The notes under the pieces were generated by a model. That model saw only the letters and a program-made list of their open reading frames with translations, was not told the DNA's origin and ran no database searches. A stretch of 64,000 bases of DNA from Deltaproteobacteria bacterium (lineage in GTDB: Bacteria > Myxococcota_A > UBA9160 > SMWR01): positions 16,681 through 80,680 of the forward strand of contig JAQBHB010000018.1 of NCBI GenBank assembly GCA_032128115.1. The letters are read 5' to 3'. Shown here piece after piece: positions 39,059 to 50,294 of the stretch; position 1 is the first letter of the stretch, and each line of letters starts with the position of its first letter. A program made the translations under genes and the position numbers.

Positions 39059-40534
39059 TCAGGAACGATTCAGCGGCGGCAGCACCTGGGACCAGCTGGC
39101 TCCCCGGTCCTGGCTGCGCAGCACCAGGCCGTCCTGCCCCACGATCAGACCCAGGCGATGCGCGCCATCGAAGTCCAGATCGCGCATGAACGTGAAGATC
39201 CGGGGAAAGCTTTCGCCCGGAGGCTGCCAGGTATTTCCCGAGTCATTGGAGAATCGGATGAAGCCCTTCTCGCCCACGGCGATGCCACGCTCACCGAAGC
39301 TGGCCACCGAGAACAGGGCCTGTTTGCGGTCCATGATCCGGTAGGCCCAGGTGCGGCCACCGTCGTCCGAGACCAGCATCACACCTCCCAGGCCGGCAAT
39401 CATGCCGTTGTTCTCGTCCTTGAAGCGGACCGTATACAGATAGGGGTTCTGGATGACGCCCACCCGAAGCGTGGGCCGATCGGACTGGCGACCTTCGATG
39501 TAACGCGTCAGGAAGGTGGGGTCGTCCACCAGGAAGTCCTCGAAGTCCCAAGGCGGCTTGTTGGGGATGCGGAAGCGGTCGGAGAGCACCCCCGCGTCCT
39601 CGAGCACCGCGGTTGCCTCGCCGATGCGCGCCGATAGCAGGTCGAACAACGCGTAGGGATCCTGCGCGGAACCCAGAGCCGCCACCTCCTGAGGGCTCAC
39701 GTAGGGCTCGATCAGGATGTTCAAGTGCGTCTCGTCGCCCACGTCGGCGGCGAAGCGGCGCAGCCGTTCCCCATCGGCGCCGCCGATCTCGATCTCGTTG
39801 TGCCCGAAGTAGATCGGGTCCATGCGTATGTCGCCGAGGATCTGCCCGGTCTCCCAGGTCTCTCCCATGTCGTCCGACCGATAGATGTATCCGAACTCAC
39901 CGACCGCCCAGCATTTCTCGGGTTGGGCCGGCAGACAGAAGACGTTGTTGAGGCCCACGTCTTCGTAGACCTTCTCGCCACTGCGAACGCGCGCCTGGTC
40001 GCGCGCCTCGAGCCACACGAACTGCGGGTGGTCGAACGCGATGGTGAGCGACCGATCCTCCCAGGTGGCTCCGCCGTCCCGGGTCAGGATCCGGGTTCCC
40101 CACTCCCCCACCGCCCACGCGATCTGGGAGTCGATGGCGTAGACGCCGAACAGGTGAGAGCCCTCGTCGGTCTTCAGGTTGGCCTGCCGCTTCCAGGTCT
40201 TGCCGCTGTCGTCGGTGCGCAGGATGGTGCCCAGCTGGCCCACCGCCCAACCGTGACGGTCGTCGGCCATGGAGACCGAGTACAAGGATTCCAGGGAATC
40301 CGTCTCACCCTTGCTCCAGATCTCGCCGCCGTCCTCGGTCCAGTAGATGGCGCCCTGGTAACCCACGGCCACTGCGTTGTCCTCGTCGGCCACCGACACC
40401 GCGAACAGGTTGTCGAAGATGTCGATGTCGCCAGGTGCGTAGCGCGGCGTGAAGTCGAGCACGTGGCAGCCGGTACCTGCCAGAGCCAGGGCTCCCACCA
40501 GGGCGATCAGAGGTCGCGTGCGAAGAATTCCCAT
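39059..40534 (-). CDS. BNR/Ycf48-like beta-propeller lipoprotein
   Basis: Lipobox ALAGTGC. Seven spaced D-x-G-x-T/S-W motifs (EDGGEIW, DDSGKTW, RDGGATW, DDMGETW, DDGGRTW, NDSGNTW, QDRGASW). Confidence 0.65.
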   Translation of the reverse strand: MGILRTRPLIALVGALALAGTGCHVLDFTPRYAPGDIDIFDNLFAVSVADEDNAVAVGYQGAIYWTEDGGEIWSKGETDSLESLYSVSMADDRHGWAVGQLGTILRTDDSGKTWKRQANLKTDEGSHLFGVYAIDSQIAWAVGEWGTRILTRDGGATWEDRSLTIAFDHPQFVWLEARDQARVRSGEKVYEDVGLNNVFCLPAQPEKCWAVGEFGYIYRSDDMGETWETGQILGDIRMDPIYFGHNEIEIGGADGERLRRFAADVGDETHLNILIEPYVSPQEVAALGSAQDPYALFDLLSARIGEATAVLEDAGVLSDRFRIPNKPPWDFEDFLVDDPTFLTRYIEGRQSDRPTLRVGVIQNPYLYTVRFKDENNGMIAGLGGVMLVSDDGGRTWAYRIMDRKQALFSVASFGERGIAVGEKGFIRFSNDSGNTWQPPGESFPRIFTFMRDLDFDGAHRLGLIVGQDGLVLRSQDRGASWSQVLPPLNRS

Positions 40535-40659
40535 CGGAATGCCATCCCCCCGGACCGGGAACCCGGTCTGGTCTTCCGTCGGTGGGCCCGGAAGTCATCT
40601 CCCGAGCATCGGTTCCCGAGACTTCAACCCCTGGAAACCCGGTTCTGTAAACTAGCCGC

Positions 40660-42087
40660 TTGCGCGTCGTCAAGGAACCGGATTCCGCCGAACCCATCGA
40701 AAACCCGCGAGGGGCCATGCGGCCAACCGGGGGGTTGGCCCCGCACGCGGCCAAAAAACCCGTCGCAGCGCGGAAAACGCGCCGCTTCTGGCTGCGCCGG
40801 CTGGGGCTCTTGCAGGCCGCCAGGCTCGCCGGATGTGCCCTGGCGATCGCCTGGGATGCGCTGCTCGCGGGGGTGCACGGGGCGCAGGGCCGGGCGGGCT
40901 TCCCCCGCCGCGCAGCCGACCGGGTCGTCTCGGCCCTGGGCGCACTCAAGGGCGCCTTTGCCAAGTTGGGACAGTTCGCCGCCCACCGGGTCGACGTGCT
41001 CCCCAGGTCGACCACCGAGGCGCTGGCTTCCCTGCGCGACCAGGTGCCCCCGGTGCCTCTCCAGACCTTGCGCCCCCTGCTGGAAGCGGAACTGGGCGCA
41101 CCCCTGGAAGCATGCTTCGAGCAGTTCGAGCCCGAACCCCTGGGCGCCGCTTCCATCGCCCAGGTACACCGGGCGCGGCTTGCCGATGGCCGGCTCGTCG
41201 CAGTCAAGATCCAGTATCCGTGGCTGCGGTCGTCGCTTGCGGCCGACCTCCGGATCGTGCGGGCCCTGTGGGCACTGGCCTCGCCCTGGGGCACGACAGA
41301 CAGCGGGGCCCGACGCCAGATCCTCTCCGAGTTCGAGACCGGCCTGCGCGAAGAACTCGACTTCGCGCGCGAGGCGCAGATGGCCGCTGAGATCGCCACC
41401 AACCTGGCGGGCGACGATCAGATCGCGGTGCCCAGGGTGGTGGCCAGCCACTCATCGGCCCGCGTGCTCACCGTGGAGTACCAGGCCGCCGTCCCCATCA
41501 CCGACCGGCTTGGCCTCGCCCGCATCGGCGTGGATCCGGGCGCGTTGGTTCCGATCCTGATGCGCGCCTACACCCAGCAGATGTTCGCAGACGGTCTCTT
41601 CCACGCCGATCCCCACCCGGGAAACCTGTTCGTCGTCGACGAGCCCGGGGCCGCCGAAAAGCCGCGCCTGCTGTTCGTGGACTTCGGGCTCAGCCGACGA
41701 CTCGCCCCCGCTCTGCGCCGCGAAATCCGCCTGGGCATCCACGCCCTGCTCCGGCGCGACCTGGGCGCTTTTCTCGGCGGTATGGATCGCATGGGAATGA
41801 TCGAATCCGGGCGCCGCGACGATGTGGCCCGGGCCGTGACCGGGATGTTCCAGCGCATCGGCAGCCGGGGGGCATTGGGCGTCTCCGGCCGCGAAGTGCT
41901 TCCGCTCAAGGACGAGGCCAAGACCCTGCTTCAAGAGACACCCGGACTGCGCCTGCCCCACGATCTCCTGCTCTACGCGAAGACCCTCTCGTACGTGTTC
42001 GCCCTGGGTACGGACCTGGATCCGGAGGTGGACCTGATGAAGCTCTCGCTGCCCTCGGTGCTCCGCTTCCTGGCCGAGAAGGACTGA
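40660..42087 (+). CDS. ABC1/UbiB-family atypical kinase
   Basis: GAFAKLGQFAAHRVDVLP...PLGAASIAQVHRARLADGRLVAVKIQYP...FHADPHPGNLFV...VDFGL. The start is uncertain (40660 or ATG 40717). Confidence 0.8.
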   Translation: MRVVKEPDSAEPIENPRGAMRPTGGLAPHAAKKPVAARKTRRFWLRRLGLLQAARLAGCALAIAWDALLAGVHGAQGRAGFPRRAADRVVSALGALKGAFAKLGQFAAHRVDVLPRSTTEALASLRDQVPPVPLQTLRPLLEAELGAPLEACFEQFEPEPLGAASIAQVHRARLADGRLVAVKIQYPWLRSSLAADLRIVRALWALASPWGTTDSGARRQILSEFETGLREELDFAREAQMAAEIATNLAGDDQIAVPRVVASHSSARVLTVEYQAAVPITDRLGLARIGVDPGALVPILMRAYTQQMFADGLFHADPHPGNLFVVDEPGAAEKPRLLFVDFGLSRRLAPALRREIRLGIHALLRRDLGAFLGGMDRMGMIESGRRDDVARAVTGMFQRIGSRGALGVSGREVLPLKDEAKTLLQETPGLRLPHDLLLYAKTLSYVFALGTDLDPEVDLMKLSLPSVLRFLAEKD

Positions 42088-42107
42088 CGCCCCGGCGCGG
42101 GCCCGCC

Positions 42108-43343
<1,236 letters not shown>

Positions 43344-43417
43344 CTGGACCTCCGGAGGGCGAGTCTAACCAAAAAACCGTGGCGTCCGCGAAGGGGGATG
43401 CCGGCGAGCCCGCCGGA

Positions 43418-44464
43418 TCAGTGCGCGAACTGCAGGATCGAGTGGAACAGGGCCAGGGCCAGCAGGCCCGAGGCCACCAGCGGCAGGAAGCGCGCGTTCC
43501 GCAGGCCCGACACCTCGATCTGGTGCATGCACAACCACAGCATCAGGGTGTTGGGCAGCCGCGTGGTGCGCTCCGCGAGAACCGGAGAGATCGACAGGCG
43601 CAGGTCTCCCGGTCCCAGCAGGGCGATGGCGGCCACGGCGCACAGCCACACGCAGAGCAGCACGCCCGTGGTCTCGTCGCGTTGCCCGCCGGCCACCAGC
43701 GCCACCAGCCCCAACGCGATTCCGCCGGCTGAAAAGACTCCAAGCACCTGGTAGGCGGCCCCGTCGAGCCCCAGAGCGACTGCGGCCCAGGCGTCGGCGC
43801 TGGGCCACCCCAGCAGGGGCAGCCACACGGTTTTCGACGCCAGCCAGTGGCCCAGGGTCGCCAGCTCGGGCCACATCGCTCGCGCCACCGGGCCCCCGTG
43901 CGACCCCGCCAGGCAGGCCACCGCCTGCATCGCCATCACTCCGCCGAGGATCGCCAGGTGCACCCGGTAGGCCGATCCCGCGCGCCGGACCAGCCACACC
44001 AGCGCAGGCAACAACGTGAAGGCGAGCGGGCAGAGGGAGCAGAAGACCGCGAACAGAAGCTGGTGGATCCGCCGTGCAGTGCCCGTCGCGGTGCGCGCGC
44101 CAAGCAACACGAGTACGGCGCCCACGGCAGCGCACGACGTGAGCCCGGTCGGATCCGGCTGGATCTCCGCGCTGCCCGGAACCACCAGGAAGATGAGCAG
44201 GGCGAGGGCCTTGCGCGTCCAGCCCCGGAGCAGCCGCGCGGAGCTGGTCACGATCACTGCTGCGACGGCAAACGGGATCGCCATGGATCCGAGTGCCGAC
44301 AGCGCGCTCGTTTCGACAGGGGTCGCGGCGTCGCGGAATGCGATGCAGAACATCGCCGCCGCGAGCAGGGCCACCCGCAGGAACGGCGCGTGCTCGTCCC
44401 CGGGCCGCCACCCGGACGGGCGGAATCCGGACAACCGTTTCCAGAAGCGCGCCCTGGCGTTCAT
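43418..44464 (-). CDS. Polytopic integral membrane protein of unknown function
   Basis: 348 aa with about 9-10 hydrophobic segments. No recognisable catalytic motif. Confidence 0.55.
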   Translation of the reverse strand: MNARARFWKRLSGFRPSGWRPGDEHAPFLRVALLAAAMFCIAFRDAATPVETSALSALGSMAIPFAVAAVIVTSSARLLRGWTRKALALLIFLVVPGSAEIQPDPTGLTSCAAVGAVLVLLGARTATGTARRIHQLLFAVFCSLCPLAFTLLPALVWLVRRAGSAYRVHLAILGGVMAMQAVACLAGSHGGPVARAMWPELATLGHWLASKTVWLPLLGWPSADAWAAVALGLDGAAYQVLGVFSAGGIALGLVALVAGGQRDETTGVLLCVWLCAVAAIALLGPGDLRLSISPVLAERTTRLPNTLMLWLCMHQIEVSGLRNARFLPLVASGLLALALFHSILQFAH

Positions 44465-44522
44465 CGCGCCGTCTCGTCAGGAGCTCGCTGCGGCGCGCTG
44501 GGCGCGCTCGCCGCGAGCGGCG

Positions 44523-45473
44523 TCATGCGGGATCCAGCCGGATCGCGGTCGTGCGACCAGCGATGGGGTCGATGGTGGTGCGGATGATTCCGCCCAGGTC
44601 GCGCACCAGCTCCAGCACCAGCTCCGGCTCGGCATCGCTGTCGGCGTCCGACTCTCCCGAGGGCGCAGCATCCACGATCGAGATCAGCACGCCGTCCGCG
44701 TCCAGGCGCCGTGCCGACAGGGTGACCGTCGCGGACTCGGGCGCGACCTCCAGGCGCTTGCGGAGCAGGTGCACCAGCGCCTGCTCCAGGCACACGGACT
44801 CCCCGGCTACCGGCGGCAGGCCATAGGCCGGCTGCACTTCGAGCTTCACTCCGCGCTCGGTAAACTCGTCGTCCATCTGCTCGCCGGCAGCGCGCACCAC
44901 GGGCGCCACGTCGAACGACGAACCGGGTACCAGCGATCGCTGGGGAGCCCCGGACAGCTGGCCGAACTTGTCGTCGGACCAGCGCCGGATCCGACCCAAG
45001 GCGTTGATGCCGTCCTCGATCACGCTGCGGTAGTGCTCGGCGCGCCGGCCGCGGATCTGGCCAAGCACATCGTCCAGGGCCGCTACCATCGCATCCAGGG
45101 GTTGGATCACGTCCCGGTAGACCGACAGGAATCGCTCGTCGGACGCCGCCGCCTCCACCATCAGGATCACGACACCCACCCGGGAGTCCTCCGCCACGAT
45201 CGGTGACGCCACGGCCGAGAAGCCGCCGCTACCCTGGCGAATGCGGAACCGGACGTTCTCGCCCTTCTCGCAGGCCTCGGCCACGCCGCGAAGCACCGCC
45301 TCGCGCGCGCCTCCTTCGAACAGGTTCGCCAGGGGCTCGCCCGTCACCTCTGCCGCCAGCACCGAGAAGCTCGCCTCGAAGGCCGGATTCACGTATGCGG
45401 CGCGCCCGTCCGGATCGCCCACCACGATGGGCGCATCCAGGTAGCTCAGCAGCGACGAAGATGCGGGGCTCAT
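44523..45473 (-). CDS. PAS-domain protein with a degenerate histidine-kinase-like C-terminal half
   Basis: PAS: LLSYLDAPIVVGDPDGRAAYVNPAFEASF...GFSAVASPIVAEDSRVGVVILMVE. It is followed by a HisKA-like helix (RFLSVYRDVIQPLDAM) and an HATPase-like region (LEQALVHLLRKRLE...ISIVDAAPSG...LVLELVRDLGG). I cannot find the canonical H, N or G-box residues. The ATG directly abuts the hsp70 stop. Confidence 0.6.
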   Translation of the reverse strand: MSPASSSLLSYLDAPIVVGDPDGRAAYVNPAFEASFSVLAAEVTGEPLANLFEGGAREAVLRGVAEACEKGENVRFRIRQGSGGFSAVASPIVAEDSRVGVVILMVEAAASDERFLSVYRDVIQPLDAMVAALDDVLGQIRGRRAEHYRSVIEDGINALGRIRRWSDDKFGQLSGAPQRSLVPGSSFDVAPVVRAAGEQMDDEFTERGVKLEVQPAYGLPPVAGESVCLEQALVHLLRKRLEVAPESATVTLSARRLDADGVLISIVDAAPSGESDADSDAEPELVLELVRDLGGIIRTTIDPIAGRTTAIRLDPA

Positions 45474-47048
45474 CTACTTCTCCTGGGGAAGCTCGGTTCC
45501 CGCGTTCTCCAGGATGATGCGCTCGATCTCCTCCTCGGAGAGCGTCCCCGTGGCGTTCACGGTGATCGACTGCTCGCCGTCGGTCGCCAGATCTCGCGCC
45601 GATACACTGACGATGCCGTTCGCGTCGATCTCGAAGGCTACGTCGATCTCCGGTTCGCCCTTGGCGGCGCGTCGGATATCGCCGAGCACGAACTCGCCAA
45701 GCAGATGGTTCTCCGGGGCCCGATCGCTGTCACCCTGGAGAACGCGGATCTTCACGGCCGTCTGATCGTCCCGCGTGGTGGTGAAGATATGCGACTTGCG
45801 AACCGGCACGGTCGTGTTCTTCTCGATCAGCTTGGCGAAGTGGCCGTCGAAGGTCGCGATGCCCAGAGACATCGGCGTCACGTCGAGCAGCAGCAGATCG
45901 CGATCCTTCTCCACCAGAACGCTGCCCTGGAGCGCCGCACCCACCGCCACGACCTCGTCCGGGTTCACGCCCTTGTGGGGTCGCTTGCCGAAGAACTCGG
46001 TCACCTTCTTCTGCACCATGGGCATGCGCGTCTGGCCGCCTACCAGCACCACGTGGTCGATCTGCTCCCGGGTGACGCCCGCGTCCTGCACGCACTTTTC
46101 GACGATCTCGAGTGTCTTGTCGACGATGTCCGAAACCAGCTCTTCCAGGGTCTCGCGACTGATCTCCATGTTCAGGTGACGCGCGCCGTTGGCATCGTTG
46201 GCGATGAACGGCAGGTTCACCTCGGTGGTGTTCATGGCCGAGAGGTCGCACTTGGCCTTCTCCGCGGCGTCCTTCAGACGCTGCAGGGCCATGCGGTCGC
46301 CCCGCAGATCGATGCCCTCCTCCTGCTCGAACTGCTTCAGGATGTAGTCTACGAGCCGGCGATCCAGATCCTCGCCACCCAGGAACGTATTGCCGGCCGT
46401 GGCGAGCACCTCTACCACGCCCTCACCCAGTTCGAGCACCGAGATGTCGAAGGTTCCTCCGCCCAGGTCGTAGACGGCGATCTTCTCCTCCACCTTGTCC
46501 CGCGACAGGCCATAGGCCAGCGCGGCCGCGGTGGGCTCGTTGATGATGCGAAGCACCTCGAGCCCGGCGATCTTCCCGGCGTCCTTGGTGGATTGACGCT
46601 GGGTGTCATTGAAGTAGGCCGGCACGGTGATCACGGCCTCGGTCACGGGCTCGCCCAGGTATTCCTCGGCCACCCGCTTCATCTCGCGAAGGATGATTCC
46701 GGCGATCTCCGGGCACGAGAACGTCTTGCCCGAGATCACGATGCGGGCTTCGTCGTTCTGGCCGCTGACGATCTCGTAAGGGCACAGTTCGATGGCGCGC
46801 TCGACCTCGGGCGAGTCGAAGCGGCGTCCAATCAGGCGCTTCGACGCGTAGACCGTGTCACGCGAATTCGTGATGGCCTGGCGTTTCGCGAGATGCCCCA
46901 CGAGACGCTTGCCGTCCTGAGAGATCGCGAACATGGACGGGCTCGTCTTGTACCCCCCCACATTCGGAATCACGACCGGCTTGCCACCGTCCACCACGGC
47001 GACGCACGAGTTCATCGTGCCCAAGTCGATACCGATCACTCGGCTCAT
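45474..47048 (-). CDS. Hsp70-family chaperone, short form (lacks the C-terminal helical lid/tail)
   Basis: [16 protein letters not shown]...[41 protein letters not shown]...[15 protein letters not shown]...[10 protein letters not shown]. It has 524 aa. Canonical DnaK is roughly 100 aa longer (from memory). Confidence 0.88.
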   Translation of the reverse strand: MSRVIGIDLGTMNSCVAVVDGGKPVVIPNVGGYKTSPSMFAISQDGKRLVGHLAKRQAITNSRDTVYASKRLIGRRFDSPEVERAIELCPYEIVSGQNDEARIVISGKTFSCPEIAGIILREMKRVAEEYLGEPVTEAVITVPAYFNDTQRQSTKDAGKIAGLEVLRIINEPTAAALAYGLSRDKVEEKIAVYDLGGGTFDISVLELGEGVVEVLATAGNTFLGGEDLDRRLVDYILKQFEQEEGIDLRGDRMALQRLKDAAEKAKCDLSAMNTTEVNLPFIANDANGARHLNMEISRETLEELVSDIVDKTLEIVEKCVQDAGVTREQIDHVVLVGGQTRMPMVQKKVTEFFGKRPHKGVNPDEVVAVGAALQGSVLVEKDRDLLLLDVTPMSLGIATFDGHFAKLIEKNTTVPVRKSHIFTTTRDDQTAVKIRVLQGDSDRAPENHLLGEFVLGDIRRAAKGEPEIDVAFEIDANGIVSVSARDLATDGEQSITVNATGTLSEEEIERIILENAGTELPQEK

Positions 47049-48343
47049 CGGTTGCCTCCTCGCTTGCCCCTGCGATTGCGCAGCGATGCAAGTTGTTGCT
47101 CGGCCTTCGGGTCCCCGAGGCGTAGCGCTTCTTTGAACGCAGCCTCGGCCTTCTCCCGGATCCCCTGGGCGCGATAGACCGTGCCCAGCGTCGTGCGGTA
47201 GTTGCCCGCATCCGGATTCACGTCACATGCGGTCTCTGCGTACTCGCGGGCCTTGTCGAACTCCCGGAGCTCGAGACACAGCGTCGCGGCGCGGTCGTTC
47301 ATCTCCGCGTCACTGGGTCGGTAGTGCAGCGCCTCTTCGTAGAGCTTCAGGGCGTCCTGGCGAGAGCTGTCATCCCAGGAAGCGTTCGCCTGCGCCAGCA
47401 GCTCATCGGCCCGCATCTGATGCACGTGGGCCTGCACATTGGCGAACTCGGCCTTGAAGCGGTCGTCGAAGGGGTCGAAGGCGATGGCCAGGCGCACGCT
47501 GGCTGCGGCTTCCGCCCACCGCTCTCGCTTGGCGGAGACCATGGCGGCGTCGAAGAACTGGCTGGCCTTGAAGCGCCGTTCCGCGAGCACCTCCTCGGGG
47601 ATGCGGAACTGCTTGCGCAGCCGCGCCAGCCGCGACCACTTGTCGTGGCGCTTGGGCGGGCGGAGCGGCTCGGCCCCGGCATCGTTGCCCGCTCCGGCAG
47701 CCTGAGCGTCTTCCCCAGGCGCCTCGTCGGCCGAGACCCGGGGCAGGGGCGGCATGGAGCGCTCGATTTCGGCACGGGTCGCCGGATCGGACAGCAGCTC
47801 ATAGGCCTCCACCAGCTTGCGGAAGATCTTCTCCAGGCGGGGCTTGAACTCGCCCAGCTCGCGCCGGTAGTAGCGATCCGGGTGAAACTCGCGCGAGAGC
47901 TGGAAATAGGCGCGCTTGATGTCCTTGGCGTCGGCACTGAACTCGAGATCCAGCAGCTCGTGGTACGACCGGCCCAGACGCTTCTCGTAGGCGAGGATCC
48001 GACGCTGGAGATCCACCGAAATGTCGAGTCCCTCGTCGAGCAGATCGTCCTCGGGACCTTTCGGAGGCGGTTTCGGATCGGATTGGGAGGCCTTCTGGGG
48101 GCTGGCCAGCTCCGTCTCGGTCACTACCAGCACACCCTCCTCCAGCCAGCGTTTCAGGCGATCGTCGATCTCGTCCGGAGACAGGCCCCCGATATGGACC
48201 AGCACATCCCAGGGAGTCACGCCATCGATACGGGAGAGCAGGAAGCCTTCGGCGGGGCTGAGGGAGACCTGGCTTGAGTTCCAGTCGGGCGCGAGCTGCG
48301 GAATCCGCCGCCTCCCCCCTTCTGCCTCGGCCGCCGATTGCAT
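47045..48343 (-). CDS. J-domain protein with C-terminal TPR repeats
   Basis: J domain SYHELLDLEFSADAKDIKRAYFQLSREFHPDRY...LVEAYELLSDPATR (HPD present). C-terminal TPR-like repeats. ATGA overlap with the hsp70 start. Confidence 0.8.
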   Translation of the reverse strand: MQSAAEAEGGRRRIPQLAPDWNSSQVSLSPAEGFLLSRIDGVTPWDVLVHIGGLSPDEIDDRLKRWLEEGVLVVTETELASPQKASQSDPKPPPKGPEDDLLDEGLDISVDLQRRILAYEKRLGRSYHELLDLEFSADAKDIKRAYFQLSREFHPDRYYRRELGEFKPRLEKIFRKLVEAYELLSDPATRAEIERSMPPLPRVSADEAPGEDAQAAGAGNDAGAEPLRPPKRHDKWSRLARLRKQFRIPEEVLAERRFKASQFFDAAMVSAKRERWAEAAASVRLAIAFDPFDDRFKAEFANVQAHVHQMRADELLAQANASWDDSSRQDALKLYEEALHYRPSDAEMNDRAATLCLELREFDKAREYAETACDVNPDAGNYRTTLGTVYRAQGIREKAEAAFKEALRLGDPKAEQQLASLRNRRGKRGGNR

Positions 48344-48523
48344 GGATCCCCCCCGTCGGAGCCCGAGGGCTCCACCGTCCTCGATTCATCGGCCGGCGGG
48401 ATCGAGAAGCTGAGGCGGGAGGCGGGGACGGCCCGTGTATTTGCCGGGCGCTCTGCCCGGGGGCGCCCCCACTTACCCGCGGGGATGACACCCGGAGAAG
48501 CGTCCGGTTAGAAGGCGGTCCAG

Positions 48524-49438
48524 TCAGGTAAGAAGGCGCTCCAGGATGGCTTTCTGGGCGTGCAGGCGATTCTCGGCCTGGTCCAGCACTACGCTGCGGA
48601 CGCCATCCAGCACCTCGTCCGTGATCTCCTCACCCCGGTGGGCGGGCAGGCAATGCATGATCCAGGCCTCCGGTGCACCCTCCAGCAACCTGGCGTTCAC
48701 CTGGTAGCCGGCGAAGACCCGAAGCCGGGCCTCCCGCTCGTGCTCCTGACCCATGCTGGCCCAGGTGTCGGTGTAGACGAAGCCCGCACCCCGAATTGCC
48801 TGGGCGGGATCCTCGCACCAGCTCAGGCGGGCGCCGCTGGCGGCCGCCAGGGCATCGGCCTGGCTCCGGATCGCCGCGTTCGGCCGATGGCTCGCGGGGG
48901 TCCCCAGGCGCAACTCGAGACCCAGAACGGCCGCCCCCAGCAACAGCGAGTTGGCCATGTTGTTGCCGTCGCCCACATAGGCGATCACCGCATCCTTGAG
49001 TTCGACCTTCTCCGCCATGGTCTGGAGATCGGCCATCACCTGACACGGGTGGAGCAGGTCCGTCAGCCCATTGATCACCGGGATCGACGCCTCCCGGGCC
49101 AGCTCCTCCACCAGCCCGTGGCTGAAGGTGCGGGCCACGATGCCATCCACCCAACGCGACAGATTGGCCGCCACGTCGCGCGGCGCCTCGCGGGTGCCGA
49201 TCCCCACCTGCTCGGGGCGCAGCAGGATCGCATGGCCGCCCAGCTGGGCGGCGCCCGCTTCGAAGGTGACGTGGGTGCGCAACGAGGGCTTCTCGAAGAA
49301 CAGGGCCAACGAGCGGCCCTGCAGGGTCTGGGGCCGCACTCCGCGCGCCAGCAGCTGCTTGAGCTCGCGGGCCCGGTCCAGGATCTGGTGCAGATCGTCG
49401 GCGGGCCAATCGGCGAGCGAGAGGAAATCCTTCGGCAT
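48524..49438 (-). CDS. argF: Ornithine carbamoyltransferase
   Basis: FEKPSLRTHVTFE, HPCQ, DTWASMGQE and HCLPAHRGEE. Adjacent to argB. Confidence 0.88.
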   Translation of the reverse strand: MPKDFLSLADWPADDLHQILDRARELKQLLARGVRPQTLQGRSLALFFEKPSLRTHVTFEAGAAQLGGHAILLRPEQVGIGTREAPRDVAANLSRWVDGIVARTFSHGLVEELAREASIPVINGLTDLLHPCQVMADLQTMAEKVELKDAVIAYVGDGNNMANSLLLGAAVLGLELRLGTPASHRPNAAIRSQADALAAASGARLSWCEDPAQAIRGAGFVYTDTWASMGQEHEREARLRVFAGYQVNARLLEGAPEAWIMHCLPAHRGEEITDEVLDGVRSVVLDQAENRLHAQKAILERLLT

Positions 49439-49442
49439 GGCG

Positions 49443-50294
49443 TCACCCCGAAATCAGCGTGCCGACTCCGCCGTCGGTGAAGATCTCGAGGAGAATGGCG
49501 TGGAGCATGCGTCCGTCGATCACGTGGGTGCTGGCGACGCCGCTTTCCAACGCCGCCAGGCAGCACTGAACCTTGGGAATCATGCCATTGCGGATGGTGC
49601 CCTCGGCGATCAGCTTGCGCGCCTCCTCCGCCCCCAACTGTCGGATCAGGTGGCCGTCGGCGCCCTTCACACCCGCAACGTCTGTGAGCAGCATGAGCTT
49701 CTCGGCGCGCAGGGCGCGGGCAATGGCCCCGGCGGCCTCGTCGGCGTTCACATTGTGGGTGACACCCCTGGCGTCGACGCCGATGGGGGCGATCACCGGC
49801 ACGTAGTTGGCGTCGTTGACCGCGGCGATGGGAGCCGGGTCCACCGCCACGACTTCGCCCACCCGGCCCAGGTCGCGGTCGTCCACCAGGCGTTGGGTCA
49901 CGCGGATCATGCCGCCGTCGCTGCCCGTCAGGCCCACGGCCCGCCCGCCGGACTGCTGGATCAGATCGACGATCTCGCGATTGACCTTGCCGCCGAGGAC
50001 CATCTCCACCACGTCCATGGTCTCGTCGTCCGTGACACGCAGGCCGTCGACGAAGGTCGACTTCACGCCCAGGCGCTCGAGGGTCGCCGCGATCTGGGGG
50101 CCTCCCCCGTGCACGATCACCGGGCGCAGGCCGATGGAGCGCATCAGCACCACGTCGACGGCGAACGACGCGCGCAAGGAGGCGTCGCTCATGGCGCTGC
50201 CCCCGTACTTGATGACGATGGTCTTGCCAGCGAAGCGCCGCATGTAGGGCAACGCTTCGATCAGCACCTCGGCTTTGTCGGTCGCGGCCTTCAC
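49443..50294 (-). CDS. argB: Acetylglutamate kinase
   Basis: KTIVIKYGGSAM...VIVHGGGPQI...NVNADEAAGAIARAL...MIPKV. Confidence 0.9.
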   Translation of the reverse strand: MKAATDKAEVLIEALPYMRRFAGKTIVIKYGGSAMSDASLRASFAVDVVLMRSIGLRPVIVHGGGPQIAATLERLGVKSTFVDGLRVTDDETMDVVEMVLGGKVNREIVDLIQQSGGRAVGLTGSDGGMIRVTQRLVDDRDLGRVGEVVAVDPAPIAAVNDANYVPVIAPIGVDARGVTHNVNADEAAGAIARALRAEKLMLLTDVAGVKGADGHLIRQLGAEEARKLIAEGTIRNGMIPKVQCCLAALESGVASTHVIDGRMLHAILLEIFTDGGVGTLISG

